Positions 1 through 9,207 of a DNA stretch of 64,000 bases are shown one piece after another (positions within the stretch are counted from its first letter, which is position 1; each line of letters starts with the position of its first letter). This DNA comes from an uncultured Candidatus Saccharibacteria bacterium. Lineage in GTDB: Bacteria > Patescibacteriota > Doudnabacteria > UBA920. The position numbers were made by a program, and so were the translations under genes. The notes below the pieces were generated by a model that did not search any database, was not told where the DNA came from, and saw nothing but the letters and a program-made list of their open reading frames with translations. Location: positions 243,845 to 307,844 of the forward strand of contig CAYYQK010000001.1 of assembly GCA_964473815.1 (NCBI GenBank), written 5' to 3'.

Positions 1-306
1 TTCGAAAAAATCTTCTGCAGCTATAGTTTTTATTTCGACATTCGTAATATTGTTTTGCTGTAAGAAATCTTTTGCGATGGAAGCGTGTTCAACATCTTTT
101 TCTAAAGATTCGATTTCAGCTTGAGGTGCAGCTGTGGCCATTACTGCTGCTGTATATCCGACCCCAGTGCCTATTTCTAAAATCTTTTTGGGTTTGTAAT
201 CTTTGATTGCTTCTTCTAATTCCTTACCATTTAAATATGGCTTGGCGCCACAGCCGTGTTGCTGTTGATGCTCAATGGCAAAATTAAAAAATTTCGAATC
301 AGACAT
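1..306 (-). CDS. SAM-dependent O-methyltransferase-like protein (runs off window edge)
   Basis: Manual translation from ATG at 306: MSDSKFF...KPKKIFEIGTGVGYTAAVMA..., class I SAM-binding motif EIGTGVG; absent from ORF track. Confidence 0.8.
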   Translation of the reverse strand, partial: MSDSKFFNFAIEHQQQHGCGAKPYLNGKELEEAIKDYKPKKILEIGTGVGYTAAVMATAAPQAEIESLEKDVEHASIAKDFLQQNNITNVEIKTIAAEDFFE

Positions 307-310
307 AAAA

Positions 311-583
311 TCAATTTGCCTGAGTTAAAAATAGATTGTATTTAAAAGTCTCCCCTTTTTGGAAGAAGAGTTTTATTATAGTCGAATCGTTCGGGTAGAA
401 TTTGTAATTGATTCTACCTAATGGACGTACATACGCTTGGATGTATTCATCTGGAGTAACAATTAAATTTATTGTCAGCTCGGTGTCAGTTTCTTCGACA
501 AGTTCGATTTCGATTATTTCGTCTGATTCTAAAACCGAACGAATCAGTTCGGCTTCTGGTTCAAATTTGCTGTAGTTCATCAT
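311..583 (-). CDS. hypothetical protein
   Basis: 90-aa ORF, overlaps the upstream gene by 4 nt and ends 4 nt before the next start, operon-like. Confidence 0.65.
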   Translation of the reverse strand: MMNYSKFEPEAELIRSVLESDEIIEIELVEETDTELTINLIVTPDEYIQAYVRPLGRINYKFYPNDSTIIKLFFQKGETFKYNLFLTQAN

Positions 584-1080
584 TCTGTAAAGTTTACATC
601 ATCTTTATGTTTCCAGCCATACCATGCCACAAACAGGCCTAGTAACATAAAAGTAATTCCTAGTACTAATATTGTCGTCGCAACTGCATTGGTGTGATGA
701 ATCAATCCAAAATAGTTTAATAATTGATTCCAATCATGATCATCTGTGTCGCCGGTGAGCAAGGGCAATTGTCTTTTCACTGCATCGCCTGCGTAAACCG
801 AAACGTTTACAGTACTGATGCCCGTCCAATAAAGCATTGCGGTGGTAGAAAAATAAGCTTGTCTGAATAAAAAATATCCTGCTAACACTAGCGGCACCAA
901 AACTTGCATGATACTGCCACCGGCTATAGTAATTGCGTATCCAAAGAAAGAAAACACTACGTGACCGGCTTCGTGGAAAATTAAATCAACATTATCAATA
1001 AAATGCCAATCCATTTTTGTTTCAATGTAAAACAAGCAATAAAGAAATCCGAGCACTACAAAAAATAGTTTGTATTTCAT
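580..1080 (-). CDS. membrane protein with HExxH motif (peptidase M50B-like)
   Basis: HEAGH motif, several TM segments, conserved HDW motif. Confidence 0.7.
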   Translation of the reverse strand: MKYKLFFVVLGFLYCLFYIETKMDWHFIDNVDLIFHEAGHVVFSFFGYAITIAGGSIMQVLVPLVLAGYFLFRQAYFSTTAMLYWTGISTVNVSVYAGDAVKRQLPLLTGDTDDHDWNQLLNYFGLIHHTNAVATTILVLGITFMLLGLFVAWYGWKHKDDVNFTE

Positions 1081-1124
1081 ACATAAATAATAACAAAAAA
1101 CCGCCTATGCGGCGATTTTTTAAC

Positions 1125-1316
1125 TTAGTTTTGACTCTTTGGTTTCCATAGCCAGCCTACTAACACTGCGGCAACCAAACATACGATGCCAATGATTCGG
1201 TGAATCGTGTGATTATACAATCCAAGAGAATCATGGTTTAAAGGCAAAGGTGCGTGATGGTCAAATAACCAATACACAGCCAACAAGAGCAAAACTATTA
1301 TTGCGATAGTTTTCAT
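1125..1316 (-). CDS. small two-TM membrane protein
   Basis: 63 aa, two hydrophobic segments, upstream TATAAT, downstream hairpin. Confidence 0.6.
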   Translation of the reverse strand: MKTIAIIVLLLLAVYWLFDHHAPLPLNHDSLGLYNHTIHRIIGIVCLVAAVLVGWLWKPKSQN

Positions 1317-1417
1317 AATTCAATTATACTCTCATATTTAAAGCAAGCAAATCATTTTATGTTCATTTAGCAAAGTACAATTAATAGTGTTAAAGTCATA
1401 AAATATTTATTTTTTAT

Positions 1418-2512
1418 ATGCCAAAATTCATTCCCGGACTAAAACTAAATGAGCGTTACTACAAGGAAATTGTGAAGCCGCTAATGAAAGAACATTTTCC
1501 TAAACTCCCCTATGCCGTTGGTTTAATTGGTCATGGCTCTGATGTTTTAGGATATGACAACGAAACATCTATGGATCATAACTGGGGTCCTCATTTGGAA
1601 ATGTTTTTACGCAAAACTGATCATAAAAAATATGCAAAAAAAATTGATCGCATGCTTCAAAAGAATCTACCTTTAGAATTCATGGGCTTCCCAACAAATT
1701 TTACTGAGCCGGATCCGGATAGTTATTTGAAAGTGCAGATGAAAAAAATAAATAAAGGGCCAGTGAATCATTTTATTCATTTTCGAACTATTCAATCTTT
1801 TCTTAAGGACAAGCTTGGTTTTGATAGAGACGACAAAATCAAAATGGCTGACTGGCTCACTTTTCCTGAACAGGCTTTACTGGAGGTTACTTCGGGTAAG
1901 GTTTTTCATGATGATACGGGCGAATTGACTGCCATTAGAAAAGAACTAAGCTACTTTCCAGATGACATTTGGTATTACTGTATGGGCGTTCAATGGGGCC
2001 GTTTAGGTTTATTGCGATCTTTCCCCTCTCGTGATGCCAGTATGGGTGATGAATTAGGTTCGATGATCAATACATTTCGTTTAATTACTGAAATGATCAC
2101 TTTAGGTTTCCTAATTGGAAGGAAGTATGCACCGTACAGCAAATGGGTGGTCACTGCTTTCAAAGAATTAACAGTGGGTAAAAAATTGATTCCAGTTTTT
2201 ATGAAAATTAAAGACGAAAAAGATTGGCGCAAGCGACAAAACTTACTAAACGAAGCGCAAGCTATTTTGGCACGACGACACAATCAGTTAAAAATTACCA
2301 AGAAATTACCAGTAAGATTAACCGATCGTTACAAGCGTGGCTATAAAGTTTTTGATTTGGACATTTATCTTGATGCAGTTGGTAAGAAAATTAAGAGTCC
2401 GAAATTGCGTCGCATGAAATATCCCCTGGGAAAGATCGACCAATTCACCGACCACATTCAAATCAACAAAGAGAATCAAGTTTTTTTGGAATTCAAGTCA
2501 ATTATTAAATAA
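1418..2512 (+). CDS. DUF4037 domain-containing protein (nucleotidyltransferase-like fold)
   Basis: GLIGHGSDVLGYD..SMDHNWGP, WLTFPEQALLEVTSGKVFHD and YAPYSKW motifs. Confidence 0.8.
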   Translation: MPKFIPGLKLNERYYKEIVKPLMKEHFPKLPYAVGLIGHGSDVLGYDNETSMDHNWGPHLEMFLRKTDHKKYAKKIDRMLQKNLPLEFMGFPTNFTEPDPDSYLKVQMKKINKGPVNHFIHFRTIQSFLKDKLGFDRDDKIKMADWLTFPEQALLEVTSGKVFHDDTGELTAIRKELSYFPDDIWYYCMGVQWGRLGLLRSFPSRDASMGDELGSMINTFRLITEMITLGFLIGRKYAPYSKWVVTAFKELTVGKKLIPVFMKIKDEKDWRKRQNLLNEAQAILARRHNQLKITKKLPVRLTDRYKRGYKVFDLDIYLDAVGKKIKSPKLRRMKYPLGKIDQFTDHIQINKENQVFLEFKSIIK

Positions 2513-3414
2513 TAATTAATGCTTAACAAAAATATGCTTAAAATAAACAACATACCTTGTTCAACAAGAGGAACCATTAAATAACCCGCAACACTGTTTC
2601 TAATGAACTTCTCCGGGAATAAATTTGATGTTATTTTTGCCAACAGTGGATGCTTAAAAAATCTTTTTGCCTTGCTCTCGAATCCCTTCATTGTAGGCAA
2701 AACATTTTGTGACAGATTTACTTTCACTTCCATACTAAAGCCGGAATTTAAAACTTCTGTTTCAAAATTATCTAATGTTTCAAACTTACTCACTGCCATG
2801 CCATATTCTACCAAAACTGCGGACTTTTCGATAATATTGTTCTTATAAATAGGTTCTGTTCTGTATCCATCCAAAACGTACAACCTCCCGCCAGGTTTAA
2901 GGATGCGATGTATCTCTGAGAATAATTTTTTCTTATCATTACTGTGACAAAAGGTTTCAATGCCAAAAACTAAGTCTAGGGATTGATCAGAGATAAAGCC
3001 TAAATCGTGGAAGTCTCCCTTTATAAATTTAACATTGCTTAGATTTTTATACTTTATTAAAGGATTAATCGACAAATCAACTGCGGTTATCTTTACGTCA
3101 GGGTTCCTTTTAGCGATATAAAATGAATTCGCCCCTCTTCCGCTCCCCAACTCTAATATTGTCGAATAATTATTTTTCTTAATCGTTTGACTTATTTCTT
3201 CCACCGCCACTTCCAAATCTCTTTCATCGTATTCAGCCCTTTCGGAAATGCCCATATGCAAATAGCCTGAAGAATTATGAAATAATCTATAAGCAAGCCT
3301 GTTCTTAATATAATAATCTTTTATCTCAGGATTATTTTGCGGCGCGTTCATCAAAACGGAAGCATTTATCACTTTTTCAATATCAGCTATTTTTTTTTGA
3401 AATACATTTTCCAT
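2476..3414 (-). CDS. class I SAM-dependent methyltransferase (sterol/tocopherol MT-like); possible C-terminal frameshift
   Basis: LHMG, ILELGSGRG, GDFHDL, IETFCHS and LKPGG motifs; ATG at 3414. Confidence 0.8.
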   Translation of the reverse strand: MENVFQKKIADIEKVINASVLMNAPQNNPEIKDYYIKNRLAYRLFHNSSGYLHMGISERAEYDERDLEVAVEEISQTIKKNNYSTILELGSGRGANSFYIAKRNPDVKITAVDLSINPLIKYKNLSNVKFIKGDFHDLGFISDQSLDLVFGIETFCHSNDKKKLFSEIHRILKPGGRLYVLDGYRTEPIYKNNIIEKSAVLVEYGMAVSKFETLDNFETEVLNSGFSMEVKVNLSQNVLPTMKGFESKAKRFFKHPLLAKITSNLFPEKFIRNSVAGYLMVPLVEQGMLFILSIFLLSINYYLIIDLNSKKT

Positions 3415-3487
3415 GCTAAAAGTATACACCAGTTCAATTCTCCTCTATCACCAAACAAAAAACACTAGAGTTAACTAATGTTTTTTG

Positions 3488-3561
3488 TGGCAGGGGCTGT
3501 AGGAATCGAACCTACGACAAAGGTTTTGGAGACCTTTGTGATACCACTTCACCAAGCCCCC
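3488..3561 (-). tRNA. tRNA-Trp (CCA)
   Basis: Cloverleaf GGGGGCT...anticodon loop CT-CCA-AA...GTTCGATTC...AGCCCCTGCCA. Confidence 0.97.
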
Positions 3562-3612
3562 GGAGCTTTAGTGCCTACTAATTATAGCAAATCCCGCTCA
3601 GGGCGGGACTTA

Positions 3613-3768
3613 CTACTTAGTTTCTTTATGAGCAGTCTGCTTGCGGCAGTGCTTACAATATTTCTTGATTTCCAAACGCGCCTGAGTGTTCTTCTTGTTC
3701 TTCGTTGTAGCGTAGTTCAAGTTATGGCAAACAGTGCATTCCAAATCGATGCGGTTATCCTGTGACAT
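3613..3768 (-). CDS. rpmG: 50S ribosomal protein L33 (zinc-binding C+ form)
   Basis: Manual translation [51 protein letters not shown], 51 aa; below ORF-track cutoff; tRNA-Thr/rpmG/tRNA-Trp context. Confidence 0.96.
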   Translation of the reverse strand: MSQDNRIDLECTVCHNLNYATTKNKKNTQARLEIKKYCKHCRKQTAHKETK

Positions 3769-3796
3769 TCTTTTATAAATTATAAATTGATAATTC

Positions 3797-3872
3797 TGGA
3801 GCCGGCTGTCGGACTCGAACCGACCACCTACGGTTTACAAAACCGTTGCTCTACCGGATGAGCTAAGCCGGC
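3797..3872 (-). tRNA. tRNA-Thr (TGT)
   Basis: GCCGGCT acceptor stem, ACGGT-TT-TGT-AA-ACCGT anticodon arm, encoded CCA. Confidence 0.97.
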
Positions 3873-3949
3873 CAATATATGACCTTTTGGCAACTCAAAA
3901 ATTCTATCATATTCCCTTGCAAAAGTCCAGTGGGTATGCTATTATTTGC

Positions 3950-4288
3950 CTACCTTCGATATCTTAACAGAATTTAAACCCTAAATATCTAAGCCAAATT
4001 TAAAACACATTGAGATTTGCTCATCTTAATTGTCCAAGGAGGACAATTTGGAACCCCGCTTTACCACAATCACAGGGACAGCGGGTCCATAAAAAGTTTT
4101 GTCGGTGTGAAGGCTTTGCCGAGCAATAGCACTGACAAAAGACGACGAAACTGATCACAAAAGTGAGGTGTAACATGAAAGTGTACATGAGTAACTCTTG
4201 TAGGAAGTTTTGTCACATCCCGTATGCCCTTCACAGGTCATACGAGCCATTAGCCCCGCGATCGTTGACCGGGGCCTTTTTATTTTTT
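3950..4288 (+). ncRNA. candidate structured RNA or small-ORF transcript (locus A)
   Basis: Promoter TTGCAA(3917)-17-TATTAT(3940); stems 4028-4048, 4055-4085, 4097-4140; terminal GCCCCG/CGGGGC hairpin plus T-run. Confidence 0.45.
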
Positions 4289-4471
4289 CTTTTTTGTCGA
4301 CTTGCGGCCACTTCCACTTTTCTTTCCCCCGCCAGACATCTTATTTACCGTTGCCCAAGCTCGGGATTCGGCTTCCTTTTTAGATACCCCGCGTTTTTCA
4401 TATCCTTCCTCGATATGTTGTGCTTGGCGATCTTGCTTGTCTGTGTATTTTGATTTATCACCTCGTGGCAT
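4280..4471 (-). CDS. small basic conserved protein (MPRGDKSKYTDKQ family)
   Basis: KYTDKQxRQAxHIEEGYE..RAWATVNK motif recalled as a widespread family; AAAGGA upstream. Confidence 0.8.
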   Translation of the reverse strand: MPRGDKSKYTDKQDRQAQHIEEGYEKRGVSKKEAESRAWATVNKMSGGGKKSGSGRKSTKKKK

Positions 4472-4581
4472 AAAATCCTTTCGTTAATATACATTGATTC
4501 TAATAAACTGCTCTGATTTTTGGCTGAATTACATCCTTTACTAAAACCTAAAAATAGGCTAAAATTACGAAGTAAAAATAT

Positions 4582-4666
4582 GGGTAGGTACTCAAGTGGT
4601 CAACGAGGGCTGACTGTAAATCAGCTGGCTTCGCCTTCAGAGGTTCGAATCCTCTCCTGCCCACCA
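4582..4666 (+). tRNA. tRNA-Tyr (GTA)
   Basis: GCTGA-CT-GTA-AA-TCAGC anticodon arm, long variable arm, CCA end. Confidence 0.97.
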
Positions 4667-4676
4667 CGAAAAAATT

Positions 4677-4701
4677 AAAGCACCCGCAAGGGTGTTTTTT
4701 T
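4677..4701 (+). terminator. intrinsic terminator after tRNA-Tyr
   Basis: GCACCC-GCAA-GGGTGT followed by T-run. Confidence 0.8.
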
Positions 4702-4777
4702 GATTACAAATTTTAGATATAAAAAAGCCTTCTATCATCAAAAGAATCAAGAAGGCAAAAAGCTGGAGGTTTATTTA

Positions 4778-6253
4778 TCAAAACCGGTCGCGGACTATCA
4801 GCCCGGCTCGGCTTGGGCTTGTTCCGATAAAATTGATCGGGACATTTCCCAAATTTACTTCCAAGCGATTGACGTAGTTCTGAGCTGTCGACGGCAAATC
4901 ATCCCAATCTGTTATGCCATCGATACATTCATCCCATCCGTCGAGTCTTTCGTAAAACGGGGCAATATTTCCACGTGTGGGGTTTCCCCCCAAGGAAGTG
5001 TACGCATCTCCATTGCGGTCATACTCGGATACATACGGTATAGACTTGATCCCGTTTAGCATATCGAACCGAGTGAGTGCAAGCATATCCGCGCCGGTAG
5101 TCTGGGCAGCATATCGCAGCCATTCCCAATCAGCATAACCGACGCTCCGACCTCTGCCAGTGGTCGCACCCCGCTCGTCACCAAGTACCTGGTAGTACTG
5201 GGAGATTTCACTATTAAGAGCGGTTTCATTGTTTATCTTTTCGAGCAATCCCTTCAGGAATACAGACCTACTTCCGTTTGACTCTGGCCCAAACAGATCT
5301 TGTCGTTCGTGCGGGAACTTCTCGGCGGGTGATCTAGACCAGATCTCACTGGGGAATTCGCCCGCACCTACCCGCGTGGGCAATGCTTTCGCGACAAGAA
5401 GAGTTGTGTCGAAATACTTAGGCGCAATACCCAAGCCCTGAGGTGCTCCCAGATTTGTAGAGAGCCCTGACGACACATAAGGATATGTCCCGTAAGTTCT
5501 ATCCAATCCAACTGACTGAGCCCCTTCGGCCAGAATCTTAGCGCCATTTTTGAATTCTTGGCGTAAAAAGGCTGGCACATCCGCGATGAATCGATTGATC
5601 TTTTGAGCTTGGTTGCTCAAAAGAGTGACGACGAAATCGGGATGCGGAATTTCGAGCAGTGGACGAGAAGCGTGCATTCTCGAGAAGACTGGCTCTACGC
5701 TTGTGAATAATTCGAAAAGCTTGTCGGCCAAGACCTCGGGCGGTAAAAACAAGTCTGCGACCCGAATCCCGTTTCGGAGTGCATCAAATCCTGCCAACGG
5801 CCCGATCGCTTTGTTGGTCGTATTGATTGCATTCTTGCCACGGCAAAATTCCAACCATCCCTCAAACAAGCTATGGTACGGCGTTCGTACTGGGCAATTA
5901 GGATCAATGATTATCCTTGGCAGGCTATCTCCGACCACTTTTTGCGCGTCTTGTAATTCCACGAGAAAGGCTTCGATATCGAAGAAAACTCCCGGACCCA
6001 TGACACAGGGTTTGTTTTGGGCGATCCCACAGGGAATGAGATGACTCACAACCTTGATCCCGTTTTCAGTGAAAACGGTATGCCCAGCGTTGGCGCCACC
6101 GCTGTACCGAGCGATGATGTCGAATAGCGGAGCGATGGCATCGATTATTTTACCCTTGCCTTCATCTCCCCAATAAGCTCCCACAACTGTTAGTATGCGG
6201 GTACTTCTAAATAGCTTGCGAATTTTCAATCGCATTTCCTCTAAAACTTTCAT
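4778..6253 (-). CDS. purA: adenylosuccinate synthetase (divergent, with insertion)
   Basis: WGDEGKGK, GGANAGHT, EGAQ, GTYPYVSS, TRVGAG and GATTGR motifs. Confidence 0.93.
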   Translation of the reverse strand: MKVLEEMRLKIRKLFRSTRILTVVGAYWGDEGKGKIIDAIAPLFDIIARYSGGANAGHTVFTENGIKVVSHLIPCGIAQNKPCVMGPGVFFDIEAFLVELQDAQKVVGDSLPRIIIDPNCPVRTPYHSLFEGWLEFCRGKNAINTTNKAIGPLAGFDALRNGIRVADLFLPPEVLADKLFELFTSVEPVFSRMHASRPLLEIPHPDFVVTLLSNQAQKINRFIADVPAFLRQEFKNGAKILAEGAQSVGLDRTYGTYPYVSSGLSTNLGAPQGLGIAPKYFDTTLLVAKALPTRVGAGEFPSEIWSRSPAEKFPHERQDLFGPESNGSRSVFLKGLLEKINNETALNSEISQYYQVLGDERGATTGRGRSVGYADWEWLRYAAQTTGADMLALTRFDMLNGIKSIPYVSEYDRNGDAYTSLGGNPTRGNIAPFYERLDGWDECIDGITDWDDLPSTAQNYVNRLEVNLGNVPINFIGTSPSRAGLIVRDRF

Positions 6254-6390
6254 TTTTCCTCCAGCTTAACTGTAAATTTGCAATTCTGGGATAAATTTCC
6301 CGCCTAAACATAACATCTATTCGCAGGGAGGTCAAAGTGAATTTTGTATCAAAAAACAGCCTTCGAAAATCTTTCTGAAAGACTGTTTTC

Positions 6391-6466
6391 TGGAGCCGTT
6401 GTGCGGGATCGAACCGCAGACCTTCTCCTTACCATGGAGATGCTCTACCAACTGAGCTACAACGGC
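6391..6466 (-). tRNA. tRNA-Thr (GGT)
   Basis: TCTCC-AT-GGT-AA-GGAGA anticodon arm, GCCGTTG acceptor stem, CCA end. Confidence 0.97.
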
Positions 6467-6514
6467 ATATAAGTTGCGCGGCAGATATTGCTACCAAAAC
6501 GCAACTCAAATAGT

Positions 6515-7285
6515 TTACTTATTTTTATGAATTTTTTCAATCGGCACTGCTGTCTTTGCTTTCGATTCCATTTCAAATCGCAAGTCTGCATATTTTCGAT
6601 TGCCAGAATCAAGTTCGAGAGCGTGATCTAAAGCTTTTACAGCGTCCCGCCAATTCTTTTGTCCTTGCAATGCTAAAGCCAAATTGTAATATCTGTTCGG
6701 ATGACTCGGATCCAACTTTACCGATTCACTGTACGCTTTCTCAGACTTTTCAAATTCCTGATCATGCAAATGCGCAAGTCCTAACTTAGCAAAATAATTA
6801 CTGTTAGTTGCTGCGTGTTCAGTTAAATAGTCATAAACATTGGCAGCATCAGTGTATTTTTTTGCTTCCAAATAGAATTGACCGAGTTGATCGTAATAAA
6901 CCAATTCCTTTGGATGTCGTTTGATTAACTTAATATAGTAATCTTCACCGCGCGCAATCGGCGGCTTAGTTTCCGCTTCGTTATCTTTGCGTAATATCTT
7001 TTTAAAACTGTAACTGATTTTCGGCGCTTGCCTTAGCCCCTTCGCTTCCAGCATGAAGTGCCAAGTTTTATGCCAGACAATTTGTAGCCAACTTTTAAAG
7101 CGTGATGCTGTTTTAGTTGGCAATCCTTTTTCCTGAGCGAGCACTTCAGCAGCAACACCAGTGTCATCTGCCAACTTATCTTTCTCATTCTCCCCTACGG
7201 CCTGCGGCAATCTGCGCACAACCATAACAATCACCCCCAGGATCGATACAATCAAGATTAAGTTGGCGACGAGGTTGTAAGGCAT
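6515..7285 (-). CDS. membrane-anchored tetratricopeptide repeat protein
   Basis: N-terminal TM; TPR pattern (YYNLALAL...ALELD). Confidence 0.8.
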   Translation of the reverse strand: MPYNLVANLILIVSILGVIVMVVRRLPQAVGENEKDKLADDTGVAAEVLAQEKGLPTKTASRFKSWLQIVWHKTWHFMLEAKGLRQAPKISYSFKKILRKDNEAETKPPIARGEDYYIKLIKRHPKELVYYDQLGQFYLEAKKYTDAANVYDYLTEHAATNSNYFAKLGLAHLHDQEFEKSEKAYSESVKLDPSHPNRYYNLALALQGQKNWRDAVKALDHALELDSGNRKYADLRFEMESKAKTAVPIEKIHKNK

Positions 7286-7311
7286 TTTAATTTAGACGGC
7301 TTAGTTTCCGA

Positions 7312-7902
7312 TTAGTTACCGAGCATAAAGCGAGCAAAACGGCGGACTTGAACATTTTCTCCCATCTTGGCGGTACTTTCGGCAATCAGGGCGGAGATTT
7401 TTTTACTTGGATCTTTCACAAATGGTTGTTCTAGCAAACAAGATTCCTCGTAATACTTTTCTAGGTTACCAGTGATAATTTTTTCAATTACATCTGCTGG
7501 TTTACCTGTTGCTTGTGCTTGTTCTTTGTAAATTTCTTGTTCCTTAGCAATTACTTCCGCAGGAACGTCTTCTCGAGAAACATACAACGGATTACTTGCT
7601 GCAATATGCAAAGCTAATTCTTTTGCCAAGGCTTTGAAGTCATCTGTGCGGGCAACAAAATCTGTTTCACAATTTAATTCTACCAAAGCGCCAACGCGGC
7701 CGCCAGCGTGAATATAACTTTCAACAACACCTTCGTTAGCAACGCGGTCAGCTTTTTTTGCAAGCTTAGCCATGCCTTTTTTACGAAGGATTTCCAAAGC
7801 TTTTTCGCGATCATCGCCAGCTTCGGTTAGGGCTTCTTTTACATCTACAATACCTGCGCCAGTTAATTCGCGCAGATCTTTAATTAAAGAGCTATCTGCC
7901 AT
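7312..7902 (-). CDS. tsf: elongation factor Ts (short form)
   Basis: LRELTGAG and ELNCETDFVA motifs; follows rpsB. Confidence 0.98.
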   Translation of the reverse strand: MADSSLIKDLRELTGAGIVDVKEALTEAGDDREKALEILRKKGMAKLAKKADRVANEGVVESYIHAGGRVGALVELNCETDFVARTDDFKALAKELALHIAASNPLYVSREDVPAEVIAKEQEIYKEQAQATGKPADVIEKIITGNLEKYYEESCLLEQPFVKDPSKKISALIAESTAKMGENVQVRRFARFMLGN

Positions 7903-7923
7903 GTGTTTATATTTTTAATGATG

Positions 7924-8649
7924 TTATTCAGCCGATACTGTGGCTGGTGCAGCTGCTACAGGAGCTGCAGATTTGTTTTCTTTATATGCATTAGCAATTA
8001 CAGTGGTAACTAAGTCAATTGCTGCTGTTGCATCGTCATTACAAGGAATTGGATAGTCAATTCCATCTGGATTTGAATTGGTATCTACAATTGCAATTAC
8101 CGGCACCTTCATTTTACGAGCTTCAGCAAGTGCGATGTCGTCGTAATTGATATCAGCGATGAACACAGCTTGAGGAATACGCTTCATATCTTTCATACCA
8201 GAGAAAAGTTTTTCCAACTTTTCAATTTCACGCTCTACCATTAAGCGTTCCTTTTTAGTGTAACGGCTTTCTAGTTGACCATTAGCTTTCATTTCTTGCA
8301 ACTTTTCAAGCTTGCGTACCGTACGTTGAATAGTTTTGAAGTTAGTGAATGTTCCACCCAACCAACGAACATTAATAAATGGTTGGCCAGCTACTTTTGC
8401 TTGCGCTTCAACAACTGCACGAGCTTGGCGCTTAGTACCAATGAACAAAATGGTGCCACCGCTTTGCGCAATACTAGCAACAAAGTCTGCAGCTTTACCA
8501 AGAGCTTTACGGGTCTTTTCAAGATCCAAAATATGGATATCGTTACGAACCGTAAAAATGTAGGACTTCATTTTTGGATTCCAGCGGGAAGTCTTGTGCC
8601 CAAAATGAGCGCCGCTTTGGAGCAACTCTAAAAGAGAGATATCTTTCAT
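7924..8649 (-). CDS. rpsB: 30S ribosomal protein S2
   Basis: GAHFGH..RWNPKM, RWLGGTFTN, DTNSNP motifs. Confidence 0.98.
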   Translation of the reverse strand: MKDISLLELLQSGAHFGHKTSRWNPKMKSYIFTVRNDIHILDLEKTRKALGKAADFVASIAQSGGTILFIGTKRQARAVVEAQAKVAGQPFINVRWLGGTFTNFKTIQRTVRKLEKLQEMKANGQLESRYTKKERLMVEREIEKLEKLFSGMKDMKRIPQAVFIADINYDDIALAEARKMKVPVIAIVDTNSNPDGIDYPIPCNDDATAAIDLVTTVIANAYKENKSAAPVAAAPATVSAE

Positions 8650-8876
8650 TGTTGTTTACCCTTTCTCTTCTATTTCGCTAGGTCTTGAGTAGTGCCAGAG
8701 GCCCCTACAGACAGGGAAACACGCGAAATATGTTTAATTAATTACTCGCAAAGTATAACACCTCTTGACGAAAAATGCAAATACTCGTATAATTAGTAAA
8801 GTTATCAATAAACCTGTCATGTATAAGCGGTTTTTGGCAAGTTTGCCACCGCCCGAGCATGTCGAGAAAGGTCCTT

Positions 8877-9146
8877 ATGAAATCTGGAATTCATCCAAAT
8901 TACAACAGCAATGTGGCTGTAACCTGCTCTTGTGGCAACAATTTTACCACAGGGTCCACTGCAGAAAAGATCGAAACTGAAATCTGTAGTAACTGTCACC
9001 CGTTTTACACTGGTAAGCAAAAACTACTTGATACTCGCGGTAATGTTGAACGCTTCAAGAAGCGCCAAGAATTGGCCGCAAAAGTTGCAGCAGAAAAGAA
9101 AGAAAAAAAGCCACGTAAGACTCGTGGCACAGCTAAAGCTGAATAG
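8877..9146 (+). CDS. rpmE: 50S ribosomal protein L31 (C+ form, basic C-terminal tail)
   Basis: [24 protein letters not shown]; ATG at 8877. Confidence 0.97.
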   Translation: MKSGIHPNYNSNVAVTCSCGNNFTTGSTAEKIETEICSNCHPFYTGKQKLLDTRGNVERFKKRQELAAKVAAEKKEKKPRKTRGTAKAE

Positions 9147-9150
9147 TTTA

Positions 9151-9192
9151 TAAAAAATCGACCACCGCTTCACAACGGTGGTCTTTTTAAAA
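9151..9192. terminator. bidirectional terminator
   Basis: GACCACCG/CGGTGGTC stem flanked by A- and T-runs between convergent genes. Confidence 0.75.
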
Positions 9193-9207
9193 AGAAAAGA
9201 ATTGGCA

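Noticed and set aside
3478-3765. 95-aa plus-strand ORF in the track
   Set aside because: Shadow of tRNA-Trp and rpmG on the opposite strand.
4141-4170. Hammerhead ribozyme core (GAAAC, CTGAT)
   Set aside because: CUGANGA is incomplete and the required stems could not be formed.
4163-4453. 96-aa ORF with GAGGTG upstream of an in-frame ATG
   Set aside because: Runs through a terminator and antisense over a conserved gene; not called as a CDS, though translation of its 5' part cannot be excluded.
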